Below, piece by piece: positions 8,413 through 16,998 of a stretch of 64,000 bases of DNA. The translations under genes were made by a program, and so were the position numbers. Within the stretch, counting starts at the first letter, position 1; each line of letters opens with the position of its first letter. The notes under the pieces were generated by a model. It saw only the letters and a list, made by a program, of their open reading frames with translations, was not told the DNA's origin and made no database searches. This DNA comes from an uncultured delta proteobacterium. Lineage in GTDB: Bacteria; Myxococcota_A; Polyangia; Fen-1088. The stretch is taken from the NCBI GenBank assembly GCA_963737265.1, contig CAVTRY010000021.1, positions 192,001 through 256,000 on the forward strand. Direction: 5' to 3'.

Positions 8413-10079
8413 CGGTTCAACTGAAGCAGCTCTCTCGCCAGCGCCCCGCACGCGGCGGTCAGCGAAGCTTTGACGATGTCGCGGTCGCGAGCGGCGCCGA
8501 AGTGGACGCGGCCGTCGCGGCCGCGCAGGCCGACGTAGGCGATGGCTTCGGCGTCGGCGCCGTCGCCCAGGGCGTGCTCGCTGTAGTCGACCAGGTGAAC
8601 GTCGACGCCCAAAGCACTTGCCAAACCATGCACGAAGCCGTCGATGGGGCCGGTGCCCTGGCCTTCGACGTTGATGGGGCGCTCGCCGTCGGTCAGGCGG
8701 GCGCGCACCACGCATGCGCCCTGGCGCGGGTGATCGACGGCAAAATCCACCACTGCGAAGCGACCAGGCGACAAATACTCGCGTTCAAAGGCTTCCAAGA
8801 TGGATTTCGCGCTCAATTCCTTGCCGGTTGTGTCCGCCATCCGCTGAACCGGTTGACTGAATTCGGCCGCCATGGCCTTGGGTAGGCGATAGCCGTGGCT
8901 CTGCTCCAACACGAAAGCAACGCCACCTTTGCCGGATTGGCTGTTGATGCGAATCAAGGGCTCGTATTGTCGGCCCACATCCGCCGGATTGATTGGCAAG
9001 TATGGCACTTCCCATTGGGTCGCGCCGGTCGTCTCCAATGCGGCCAAACCTTTGCGGATGGCGTCCTGGTGCGAGCCGGAAAAAGCGGTGAACACCAATT
9101 CACCCGCGTACGGGTGGCGCGGCGGCACCGGCATCTGATTGCAGGTCTGGAAGACGTCGACCAGCGCGGGCAAGTCCGACAAATCCAAGTGCGGATCGAT
9201 GCCCTGGCTGTAAAGGTTCATGGCCAGCGCCACAACATCGGCATTGCCTGTTCGCTCGCCATTCCCGAACAATGTGCCTTCCACGCGCTCGGCACCCGCC
9301 AACATAGCCAGCTCGGCAGCGGCGATAGCGCAGCCGCGGTCGTTGTGGGTGTGCACACTGACGATCATCGAATCACGGCGCGACAGGTTTCTGCGCATCC
9401 ACTCGATTTGGTCGGCGTACACATTGGGCGACGACATCTCGACCGTCGCGGGCAGGTTCACAATCATCTTGTTGGCCGGCGTGGCCTGCCATTCCTCGGC
9501 CACGGCATCGCATACCCCGGCGGCGAATTCCAGCTCGGTGCCGGTGAAGCTCTCGGGCGAATACTCCAGCACGATTTCGCTGCCCGCCAGCCCGGCCGCT
9601 TCTTGTCGCGCCTGGCGCACGCCGCGCACGGCGATTTCTTTCACGCCGGCCCGGTCCAGACCGAACACCACCCGTCGCTGCAAGGTCGACGTGGAATTGT
9701 AGACATGCACGATGGCCCGGCGGACGCCACGCAACGCCTCAAAAGTGCGGGCGATCAGATGTTCGCGCGCCTGGGTCAGCACCTGGATGGTGACGTGGGA
9801 AGGAATGCGGCCTTCATCAATCAGCGCCCGCACGAAATCGAACTCGGTCTGCGATGCGGCGGGAAAGCCGACCTCGATTTCCTCAAAACCCACGCGCACC
9901 AGGGCCTCGAAGAAGCGCAGCTTGCGCTCCATGCCCATGGGTTCGGCCAGGGCTTGATTTCCGTCGCGCAGATCGACGCTGCACCAGATGGGTGCGCGGT
10001 CCAGGGTGCGGTCGGGCCAACTGCGGTCTGGCAGGCGAACGGATGGGGCAGCTGGGTATTTGCGGGCATCGAAGGTCAT
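8394..10079 (-). CDS. leuA: 2-isopropylmalate synthase (yeast/actinobacterial type)
   Basis: 'WCSVDLRDGNQAL', 'EYSPESF', 'NLPATVEM', 'HTHNDRG', 'GNGERTGN', 'INSQSGKGG'; GGAGA RBS before the ATG at 10079. Confidence 0.95.
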   Translation of the reverse strand: MTFDARKYPAAPSVRLPDRSWPDRTLDRAPIWCSVDLRDGNQALAEPMGMERKLRFFEALVRVGFEEIEVGFPAASQTEFDFVRALIDEGRIPSHVTIQVLTQAREHLIARTFEALRGVRRAIVHVYNSTSTLQRRVVFGLDRAGVKEIAVRGVRQARQEAAGLAGSEIVLEYSPESFTGTELEFAAGVCDAVAEEWQATPANKMIVNLPATVEMSSPNVYADQIEWMRRNLSRRDSMIVSVHTHNDRGCAIAAAELAMLAGAERVEGTLFGNGERTGNADVVALAMNLYSQGIDPHLDLSDLPALVDVFQTCNQMPVPPRHPYAGELVFTAFSGSHQDAIRKGLAALETTGATQWEVPYLPINPADVGRQYEPLIRINSQSGKGGVAFVLEQSHGYRLPKAMAAEFSQPVQRMADTTGKELSAKSILEAFEREYLSPGRFAVVDFAVDHPRQGACVVRARLTDGERPINVEGQGTGPIDGFVHGLASALGVDVHLVDYSEHALGDGADAEAIAYVGLRGRDGRVHFGAARDRDIVKASLTAACGALARELLQLNRRPPAA

Positions 10080-10136
10080 GGTCAGTCTCCAGGCCCCGCT
10101 TCCGCCGGAGATGGCCACGGTCTTTCGCACCATACG

Positions 10137-10170
10137 AAAAACCCCCTCCGGCTTCCGCGGGAGAGGGTTT
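10137..10170 (-). terminator. Intrinsic terminator of the leuA attenuator
   Basis: Minus strand AAACCCTCTCCCGCGGAAGCCGGAGGGGGTTTTT: GC-rich hairpin plus U-run. Confidence 0.8.
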
Positions 10171-10194
10171 CGAGGTTCGTTGCTTGCGCTTACC

Positions 10195-10257
10195 TCAGAG
10201 CTCTCCCGCGCTGCTAAGAAGCAGTCCCGAGAGAAGGAGGTTGGTGGCGAACAACAT
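10195..10257 (-). CDS. leuL: leu attenuator leader peptide MLFATNLLLSGLLLSSAGEL
   Basis: 20 codons, 8 Leu in two LLL runs; GCGGGAGAG in the leader can pair with CTCTCCCGC in the terminator 5' arm (antiterminator); TTGACG-17-CACACT promoter just upstream. Confidence 0.8.
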   Translation of the reverse strand: MLFATNLLLSGLLLSSAGEL

Positions 10258-10334
10258 GGCCAGAGGCAAGTGTGCGACACGCGAGTGCGGACGTCAAGAC
10301 ACGCTGGTGCCAGCCGTGCTACCTTTCGCGGCCC

Positions 10335-10667
10335 ATGCCTCGCGATCCCAAGATAACCCCCATCACCCGCCACGAGCCCCGCACCTTCTACGCCACGCGA
10401 ACCACGCGCACGAAATCGTCGGAAGTCTGGGATCTGTGGGCGGTGGAGGACGGCCGGCGGGTGGGGTTTCTGTCCATCGTCGACGACGGCAATGTGGTTT
10501 ACGGGCTCGCCACGGTAAAACGCGGTACGTCGCACGAGGAGGTGGCCGACCTGGTGGATGGCTTTTTTCCGCCCTCCTCGACGGACGCTAGCATGCGCGA
10601 AATCGTCATTTCGGACTACGACTCCGACCCCGCGGTGGTGGAATCCGACTTCGCGGCAGAGCCCTAG
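10335..10667 (+). CDS. Hypothetical protein (110 aa)
   Basis: ATG 9 nt after a TGcTACCTT -10-like box; GC3-biased codons; no family recognised. Confidence 0.6.
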   Translation: MPRDPKITPITRHEPRTFYATRTTRTKSSEVWDLWAVEDGRRVGFLSIVDDGNVVYGLATVKRGTSHEEVADLVDGFFPPSSTDASMREIVISDYDSDPAVVESDFAAEP

Positions 10668-10737
10668 CCCGGCCGAACGCTGCCCTGCACCCAACATTTC
10701 CTGCCCGACACGGCCAGACGCGGCTATCCTGCTGGCG

Positions 10738-13700
10738 ATGTCTTCGTCCGGTAACCCCGCCCTCGGCCCTTTTCGGGGCCTGACCTCGTACGATGAGAGC
10801 AGCGTGGTTCTCTTCTTCGGCAGAGCAGAGGAAACCAAGGCTCTCTTCCAACTCATTACCAAGGACGCCGCCCGTGTGACCGCCCTATGTGGCGAGCCGG
10901 GCGTAGGCAAGACGTCGCTTATACGCGCGGGTCTGTTTCCCATGCTGGCCAAGCACGACGTGTCCGGCGTGTACGTCGGCAGCTACGCCAACCTCGACCA
11001 GGAATTGTGGCAGGCCTTGGGCCGCGTGCGTGGCGAGCCACCCACGCCCGGCGACAGCGCCGCCGACTATCTGGTCAGCGTGGCGCGCACCTCGCCCGCG
11101 GGCACGCTGCTCGTCCTCGATCACCTGGAAGATCTGCTGGACGACCATCCCGATGATATCGCGACGGCGGCCCTCGACACGCTCGCCACGCTGCTCAAAG
11201 CCGCCATCGCGGGTGCCGGCAGTCGCCTGCGTATCCTTCTCTGTGTCGACGCGACGCTGTTTCACCGTCTCGAACGCATCCACGAAATCGCCGGCATTTC
11301 GCCCGCGCCCGGCGGCTGGATGGAGCTCGGGCGCCTTTCCCAAGCCCCGGTCGCCGAGATTCTCGAACAGACCGCGCTCAACACCGGAACCTTCTTCGAA
11401 GCCGGGCTCGCCGATTTGATAGCCGCCGATCTGTGCCGGACGGGTCCGTGTCTGCCCTCCGATCTGCAGATCGTCGCCGCGGCGGCGGTCGAGCAGCGCT
11501 TGACCACCTTGCGCCGCTACGAACGCGCCGGCGGCGCCACCACCATCCTGCACGGATTCCTCCATCGCGCCATCGTCGATGCGGGCGAGCAGGCAGCGAC
11601 ACGGCTCCTACTCGCTTGCGCCGGGCGCCAACGGGTGACGATCGGCACGCTGGCGGCCAGCACCAAGCTGCCCGAGCCGGTGGTGGAAAAGGCCGTCACA
11701 GTGCTCGTCGCACGCGGCGTCCTGCGCAGGTCGGCCATCCCAGGCGACGATCGCTTCGCCTTGGCCCATGCGTGCCTGGTGCCCCGCATTCGCGATCACG
11801 CCGCCATCGCCACCGCGCAAATCCAGGAATCACGACGCATCTTGCGGCGGCGCATGCTCACCGAGACCGCGCTGACCTTGCTCGAAATCCGCAACGTGCG
11901 GGCGCACATGGTCGGAGAGCTGACCCCAGACGAATCGTCCACGCTGCGCCGGAGCATCCGCCGAGCTATGCTGCGCACGGGCATCGCGCTGGTGGTGCTT
12001 TTCGCCGTCCTCCTCGGCGTCGTGTTCGAATTGCGCACGTCCTACACGCTGGCGTTCGAGCCGGCCAAGGATTCGCCGAGCAGCCGCGTGGTGGTGCGCC
12101 GGGGGCGCAGCAGTCTGTCGTTCTTGAATTTCCTGCCCGCGCGTCCGCACTTCGGCGCCATTCTCGCCGATACCGGCTTCGCATCGACCGGCGTGGCGAC
12201 GGAGCTTTCCGGCCGCATCGCCTCGGGCCGCGCCTCGGGCACGCTCGACAAGAATCGCACCACACCCATCCCCATTTGGCTGCGCACGGTGCTCGACGGG
12301 CTCGGGCCGGTGCCGCGAGGGATCTCGCTGGTTCTGCTCGGCGATCCCGCCGGCATCGTGTCGCTCAAACAGGCTTTCGCGGATCCCGCTTTGCGCCGCG
12401 AGGCCTTGGAGGCGCTGGCCGTGGTCGGCACCGGCCGCGCGGGCGAGGACGAAATCCTGGCCGCCGCCCTCAACGATCAGTCGCCCGAGGTGCGCCGGCG
12501 CGGCGTCGAGGTGGCCGCTGCCATCGATCGCCGGCAAGGCCGCGGCGCCCACGCATCCATCCTGCGCACGGCCTTGGCAGATCCTTCCTTTGTCGTGCGC
12601 AGCACGGTTCTGCACGAGAGCGCGAGTCTCGACCCAACCACCGCCGCGAGCATCCTCGCCATCGCCATCGCCGACAAGGACACCTCCTTCCGCCGTCTGG
12701 CCGAGAAGGGCATTCTCGACCTGGCCGCCCGTTCGCCGGTGGCGGCCACGGTAGCCGTTCGCCAGGCTCTCAGCAGCAGCGACAGCCAGGCGCGCCGCAC
12801 GGCTTTGGCGCTACTCGATAAGATCGCGGCCGCGACGCCAAGCGAAGCGATGTCGGCGCTTTCTCAAATCGCTGCCGACGAGAGCGCGCCCGAGGAGGCG
12901 CGCGTTTCGGCCCTCTCGTTCTTGCGCAAGAACGGAGATGTTCCCGATTCGCTCCGTCCCGCCCTCGAAAAGGCCGTCGCGGCCGATGCCCCGCCGCGGC
13001 TGCGCACCGCCGCGCTTCCCATTTACGCCCGCCTCATCGATCCCGCCGAGGTCGAGAATCTAGCGGTGGCGGCCACCAAGGGGCCGCCCGCCGGACGCGT
13101 GACCGCAGCGGCGCTGTGGGGCGTGGTGGCCATCAAGCAACCCGATACCGCCACGAGGCCGCTCAAGGTCTTCCTTTACGACCCATCGCCCGAGGTGCGC
13201 GCCGAGGCCGCCCGCGCCTTCGGCTATCTCAAACGCGAAGGGCCCGAGCTGGTACGCAGGGCGCTGCTCGACCCCAACCCCGAGGTGGCCCGAGCCGCCA
13301 TCGAATCGTCGGTGCGCCTGTCGGCTTTCCAGCCGGCGTTGGTGGCCGAGGATCTGGGACACGCCATGGTCAAGGTGCGACCGGCGACGCGCAAGTGGAT
13401 CGTGGAAGCCCTGGGCCAGATAGGACAGAGCAAGCCCGGCCCGGCGTTGCCGCCGCTCGCGAAAGCACTCAAGCAGGGCGACATCCCAACGCGAACCGCG
13501 GCCGCGCATGCCTTCTGCGAGATGGCGAAAAAGGCGCCCGTGGCGGCGTCGCCCTATCTGCGCATCGCCTCGCGCGACAACGACCGCGACGTGCGTACCG
13601 AGGCGGCCGCCTGCCTCGGCAGCTTGACCGAGGGCGACCCCAAGTCCGCGGCGCGCATGGCGGTGCAACTGGCATCGTCCGACGAGCCGGCCGTGCGAGC

Positions 13701-14703
13701 CGCCTCCGCCACGTCGCTCGGTGCCCTGGCGGGCGAGGCGCGCGAGATCGTCATGACTCCGCTCGTGGCGCTGCTCGAAGACCACGAACGCCCGGTTCGC
13801 ATGGCTGCGGCCGAGGCCCTCATCGCCTGCGGCAAGGCCGACGTCGCCGTCGGCAAGCACGGCGCGGATCTGGACAAGAAACTCTCCGCCTTCTTCGTGC
13901 AAGGCGATCTCGAAGAACGGCAGCTCGCCTTGCGCGTGGCCGCGCGCCTCGGCGTCGCTGCGATCCTGCGCCAAGCCGCGCGCGACACCGACGAGAATAT
14001 GCGACTCGAGGCCATGAAAGCCGCCGCCGCCATGGATCCCATGGTTCTCGACATCCTGCAAGCCGGCGCCGAAGATCGCGATGCCTTCGTGCGCGCCGAG
14101 GCCGTGCGTGCGCTGGCCAAGGCCACGGGAAGTGGCGCCGCCAAGGTGCTGCCGGTGTTCGAAGCCATGCTGCGCGCTGGAGATCCCGCCACGCGCAGGG
14201 CTGGGGCGAGTGCGCTCGGCGAGGTCACCGGCGCATCGGAGCTCACCACGGCCATGTTGGCCTCGGTGCTGCGCCAGCGCGGCGAATCGGTGCGCACCGC
14301 CGCGGCCGAGGCTGTCGCGCATATCGCTCAGCGCGATCCCAAGGCCGCCACGCCACTGCTCGAACAAGCGCTGGTGGATCCAGCTCACGACGTGCGCGCG
14401 GCCGCCATCCGCGGTCTCGGCGCGGTCTGGGCCGCCGAAAGCACGCCCGCCGAGGTGGCCGCTATCCTCGAAGGCTCCGAGGCCGACAGCGTCAGGCGCC
14501 TGGTGGCGCTGGAAGCCCTGGTGCTTCAAGCCACACAGGAAAACCAGAAAGGCGCCAAGAACAAGGACGCCCGCATGTGGCTGGAAAAGATCTCCGAGGC
14601 AGGGCCGCCCTTGGCGCGCCTGGCCGCCCAGGTTGGACGCGTCTTCCTCACCAGCCGCCGCGAAGAGATGCACTCCTTCCTGGAAAAGCTGTACGGCGGG
14701 TAG
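10738..14703 (+). CDS. nSTAND1-like NTPase + TM helix + HEAT-repeat protein
   Basis: 'PFRGL..Y...FFGR..E', Walker A GEPGVGKTS, Walker B 'LLVLDHLED', wHTH 'FALAHACL', one TM segment, many 'D....VR..A..AL' HEAT repeats. Confidence 0.85.
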   Translation: MSSSGNPALGPFRGLTSYDESSVVLFFGRAEETKALFQLITKDAARVTALCGEPGVGKTSLIRAGLFPMLAKHDVSGVYVGSYANLDQELWQALGRVRGEPPTPGDSAADYLVSVARTSPAGTLLVLDHLEDLLDDHPDDIATAALDTLATLLKAAIAGAGSRLRILLCVDATLFHRLERIHEIAGISPAPGGWMELGRLSQAPVAEILEQTALNTGTFFEAGLADLIAADLCRTGPCLPSDLQIVAAAAVEQRLTTLRRYERAGGATTILHGFLHRAIVDAGEQAATRLLLACAGRQRVTIGTLAASTKLPEPVVEKAVTVLVARGVLRRSAIPGDDRFALAHACLVPRIRDHAAIATAQIQESRRILRRRMLTETALTLLEIRNVRAHMVGELTPDESSTLRRSIRRAMLRTGIALVVLFAVLLGVVFELRTSYTLAFEPAKDSPSSRVVVRRGRSSLSFLNFLPARPHFGAILADTGFASTGVATELSGRIASGRASGTLDKNRTTPIPIWLRTVLDGLGPVPRGISLVLLGDPAGIVSLKQAFADPALRREALEALAVVGTGRAGEDEILAAALNDQSPEVRRRGVEVAAAIDRRQGRGAHASILRTALADPSFVVRSTVLHESASLDPTTAASILAIAIADKDTSFRRLAEKGILDLAARSPVAATVAVRQALSSSDSQARRTALALLDKIAAATPSEAMSALSQIAADESAPEEARVSALSFLRKNGDVPDSLRPALEKAVAADAPPRLRTAALPIYARLIDPAEVENLAVAATKGPPAGRVTAAALWGVVAIKQPDTATRPLKVFLYDPSPEVRAEAARAFGYLKREGPELVRRALLDPNPEVARAAIESSVRLSAFQPALVAEDLGHAMVKVRPATRKWIVEALGQIGQSKPGPALPPLAKALKQGDIPTRTAAAHAFCEMAKKAPVAASPYLRIASRDNDRDVRTEAAACLGSLTEGDPKSAARMAVQLASSDEPAVRAASATSLGALAGEAREIVMTPLVALLEDHERPVRMAAAEALIACGKADVAVGKHGADLDKKLSAFFVQGDLEERQLALRVAARLGVAAILRQAARDTDENMRLEAMKAAAAMDPMVLDILQAGAEDRDAFVRAEAVRALAKATGSGAAKVLPVFEAMLRAGDPATRRAGASALGEVTGASELTTAMLASVLRQRGESVRTAAAEAVAHIAQRDPKAATPLLEQALVDPAHDVRAAAIRGLGAVWAAESTPAEVAAILEGSEADSVRRLVALEALVLQATQENQKGAKNKDARMWLEKISEAGPPLARLAAQVGRVFLTSRREEMHSFLEKLYGG

Positions 14704-14757
14704 GCGTTACTTCACGAAGTCCACGGCGCGCGTTTCGCGCACCGACGTCCCGGATCT
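14654..14757 (+). repeat. Left copy of ~105-bp imperfect direct repeat (gene-junction duplication)
   Basis: GCCGCCGCGAAGAGATG..CTCCTTCCTGGAAA..TAGGCG..TACTTC.CGAAGTCCACGGC.CGCGTTTCGCGCACC..CGGATCT matches 16889-16998. Confidence 0.9.
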
Positions 14758-14894
14758 CCACCCCACGCGCCCACCACCTCTGCCCGCGCTCACGGGCGAC
14801 TGGGTGAACTGATTAACGCGACCTTCGTGGACACGCCGACGCGATCTTGGCCTGGCGAGGCTATGCCGGCGGGTCGATGGCTTGGACGGCAGGG

Positions 14895-15278
14895 CTACAT
14901 CTCCGCGAGGGTCACCATCCCAAGCCGCGCCATCCGAGCGAAGTCACGATCAAGGGACCACAACGTGCAGCCGTGTTCGACGGCAAGCGCGGCGATCAGA
15001 AGATCGCCCACACCGAAGCGCTGGCCGGCAGCGCTTCCCGCGGTCACCCACGTCTCCATACGCCGCCAGAGATCGTCGGTCGGATAGAGAACTGGCAGGG
15101 CGGAAAGCAGACGCCGAAGTCGCGCTGTTTCCGCCTTCCGTGCGCCCGACAGAATCTCGATCTTCACCGGCACCGGCAATGTCACCTGGTCGTGGTCAAG
15201 CAGCGCGGTCAGCTTCGCCACCACCGGCGTCCGACCGCGGAAGAAGTCGATCCAAACCGAGGTGTCGACGGCGATCAC
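14895..15278 (-). CDS. vapC: VapC/PIN-domain toxin
   Basis: 'IAVDTSVWIDFFRG', 'EILSGA', 'DLLIAALA', 'LWSLDRDF'. Confidence 0.9.
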   Translation of the reverse strand: MIAVDTSVWIDFFRGRTPVVAKLTALLDHDQVTLPVPVKIEILSGARKAETARLRRLLSALPVLYPTDDLWRRMETWVTAGSAAGQRFGVGDLLIAALAVEHGCTLWSLDRDFARMARLGMVTLAEM

Positions 15279-15541
15279 GGCTTCGCCCGCGGCAGACTGG
15301 GCCTGTGCTTGCTGCGCGCCAGCTTCGCCCGGCGGGCCGGAACCTCATCCGGCCGACGACGTGAACGTCCAAGATCGATTCCCAGATCCACGCGTCCCGC
15401 AAGACCCTTCAGCTCATCGATGCGATGGCGGCGAATCAGCTCGGTGAGAGACACCACCACGGTGTCGGTCTTGGACTTGAAACCCAGGAGGTGCTGCGCC
15501 TCGTCCAGAAGAGGCGCGGGCAGGTCGAGTGTGGTGCGCAT
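15275..15541 (-). CDS. vapB: VapB antitoxin (RHH type)
   Basis: 'MRTTLDLP..LLDEA...G.KSKTDTV...L.ELIRR'; GTGA overlap with the toxin. Confidence 0.85.
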   Translation of the reverse strand: MRTTLDLPAPLLDEAQHLLGFKSKTDTVVVSLTELIRRHRIDELKGLAGRVDLGIDLGRSRRRPDEVPARRAKLARSKHRPSLPRAKP

Positions 15542-15577
15542 ACGATTGATGATGATTCGTATGCCTGTGGATATCAA
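15538..15577 (-). promoter_or_regulatory. vapBC promoter/operator (leaderless)
   Basis: Inverted repeat GCATACGA-N11-TCGTATGC overlapping the ATG; TTGATA-17-CATCAT then 7 nt to the ATG. Confidence 0.6.
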
Positions 15578-15850
15578 TCCGCTTCTTCAGGACATGCTGC
15601 CTCGGCGATCTCGCGGGGCTTGTTTTGTCCTCCATTTACGGCGTGGCCGTGCCTCAACGCGCGCTGTGACGGCTTGTTCGGCTGCCTTCCAGATTGTATT
15701 CTCAGCGCATGACCCAGGCGCTCGAAAACGTCTTCTCTGTGGTGCCGGCATACTGTCGGGCCACGGCAGATTCAAGTAGGCCACGGTCTTTGACCGATCC
15801 CTGGCACTTCTTTGCGGATGGCAGGGTGGCACCGCTGGAAATGCCCACCC

Positions 15851-15995
15851 GCCATCAAGGGTAAGCCCGTCCACTGGCTCGCCGGGCTTTCCCGCCATCA
15901 AGGGTAAGGCCGTCCACTGGCTTGCCGGGCTTACCTGCCATCGGGGGTAAGCCCGTCCACTGGCTCGCCGAGCTTACCTGCCATCAAGGGTAAGC
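15851..15995. repeat. Tandem array of ~3.4 x 43-bp palindromic units
   Basis: Units start at 15851, 15894, 15937, 15980 (GCCATCAAGGGTAAGCCCGTCCACTGGCTCGCCGGGCTTACCT-like); each holds a GGTAAGCCCG...CGGGCTTACC hairpin. Confidence 0.95.
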
Positions 15996-16062
15996 ATTTC
16001 CGTTCAGTGGACGGCCTCACCGGGCAAGGAATCCGCCCTTTTCGCTGGCTCGCCTGACTCAC

Positions 16063-16752
16063 TCACTTGGTCGCGAGAGCTGGCGCGGGAGCGGGCGGAT
16101 CCGACTTGCCCTTCTGGTAGTTATTGCGCGTTGCCGCGAGGTAGGACAAGACCCGGTTGGGATCGCCAGGGAAGAGCTTCTTCAGATCGCCTTCCAGCCG
16201 GTCAAGCTCGTCGTTCACCTCGCCGACAAGCAGCGCTACCGAAGTGTGGAATGGCCCGAGAGCGGCTACCGCCTGGTCCCGCTGGGTGCATGCCGCCTGC
16301 AAACCGTCGGTTGCCGCCTTCATTTTCGGTGTCCAGGTCTGTGCCAGCGCCTCGCTGGGGTCGCGGCCGAACTCGGCCAGCCAGGACGTGGCCAGCTCGA
16401 TCTCCTTGTCGATGCCGAGCTCTTGCGCCGCCGATGGGGCGACCTTGCTGAAGAATCGGGTATACGGCGGCTGGCCGCGGCGGCCGCCCGAGGCATCCAC
16501 CACCGCGCGCCCGAAGGCCGCGACCGTGGTGTCCCACGCGCCGTCTTGCACGTACAAGCGGGAGCGTGCCCGCACCACCTCGCGGTTCAGATTCCGCTCG
16601 GTCTCGGCCAGCTTGTCCGCCTTGTCCCTCAAATCGACCCACTTCGGCGCCAGCGCGGAGGTCGCGGGATCGCTCTCCAACGCGGCGCAAGTTCCATCCG
16701 TTACATCCACTGCCGTTACAACCGACGCGTTCGCCTTCATCTTCGTTGCCAT
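16063..16752 (-). CDS. Hypothetical, probably all-helical protein (229 aa)
   Basis: AGGAGA RBS, TTGACA-17-GATTCT promoter (16819-16791), amphipathic helical pattern, 'PYTRFF' motif. Confidence 0.8.
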   Translation of the reverse strand: MATKMKANASVVTAVDVTDGTCAALESDPATSALAPKWVDLRDKADKLAETERNLNREVVRARSRLYVQDGAWDTTVAAFGRAVVDASGGRRGQPPYTRFFSKVAPSAAQELGIDKEIELATSWLAEFGRDPSEALAQTWTPKMKAATDGLQAACTQRDQAVAALGPFHTSVALLVGEVNDELDRLEGDLKKLFPGDPNRVLSYLAATRNNYQKGKSDPPAPAPALATK

Positions 16753-16888
16753 TGTCTATCTCCTTCCTAATAGGGATGAACTACGGCGCAAGAATCCAAG
16801 GGAAGGCTGGTCGTGTCAAGAGGTGCCCGGCAAGGAGCGATATCCTCGGTGCTGACGTCAAGCTCGGCGCGCGGAGGGTGATGCGCTT

Positions 16889-16998
16889 GCCGCCGCGAAG
16901 AGATGTGCTCCTTCCTGGAAAGCTGTCGGCGGATAGGCGGCGAAGCTACTTCGCGAAGTCCACGGCACGCGTTTCGCGCACCACCGACACGCGGATCT
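16889..16998 (+). repeat. Right copy of ~105-bp imperfect direct repeat
   Basis: Degenerate copy of the HEAT-gene 3' end followed by the intact rny 3' end. Confidence 0.9.

Noticed and set aside
10080-10952. N-terminal extension of the 852-aa leuA ORF
   Set aside because: The real start is at 10079 with an RBS; the extension overlaps the attenuator and opposite-strand genes
15587-15901. 104-aa ORF over the repeat array
   Set aside because: The 43-bp unit shifts frame with each copy, there is no RBS, and the translation is not protein-like
15851-15995. CRISPR or TIGR array
   Set aside because: Units are contiguous and near-identical along their whole length, with no unique spacers; no cas or Nop-domain gene nearby
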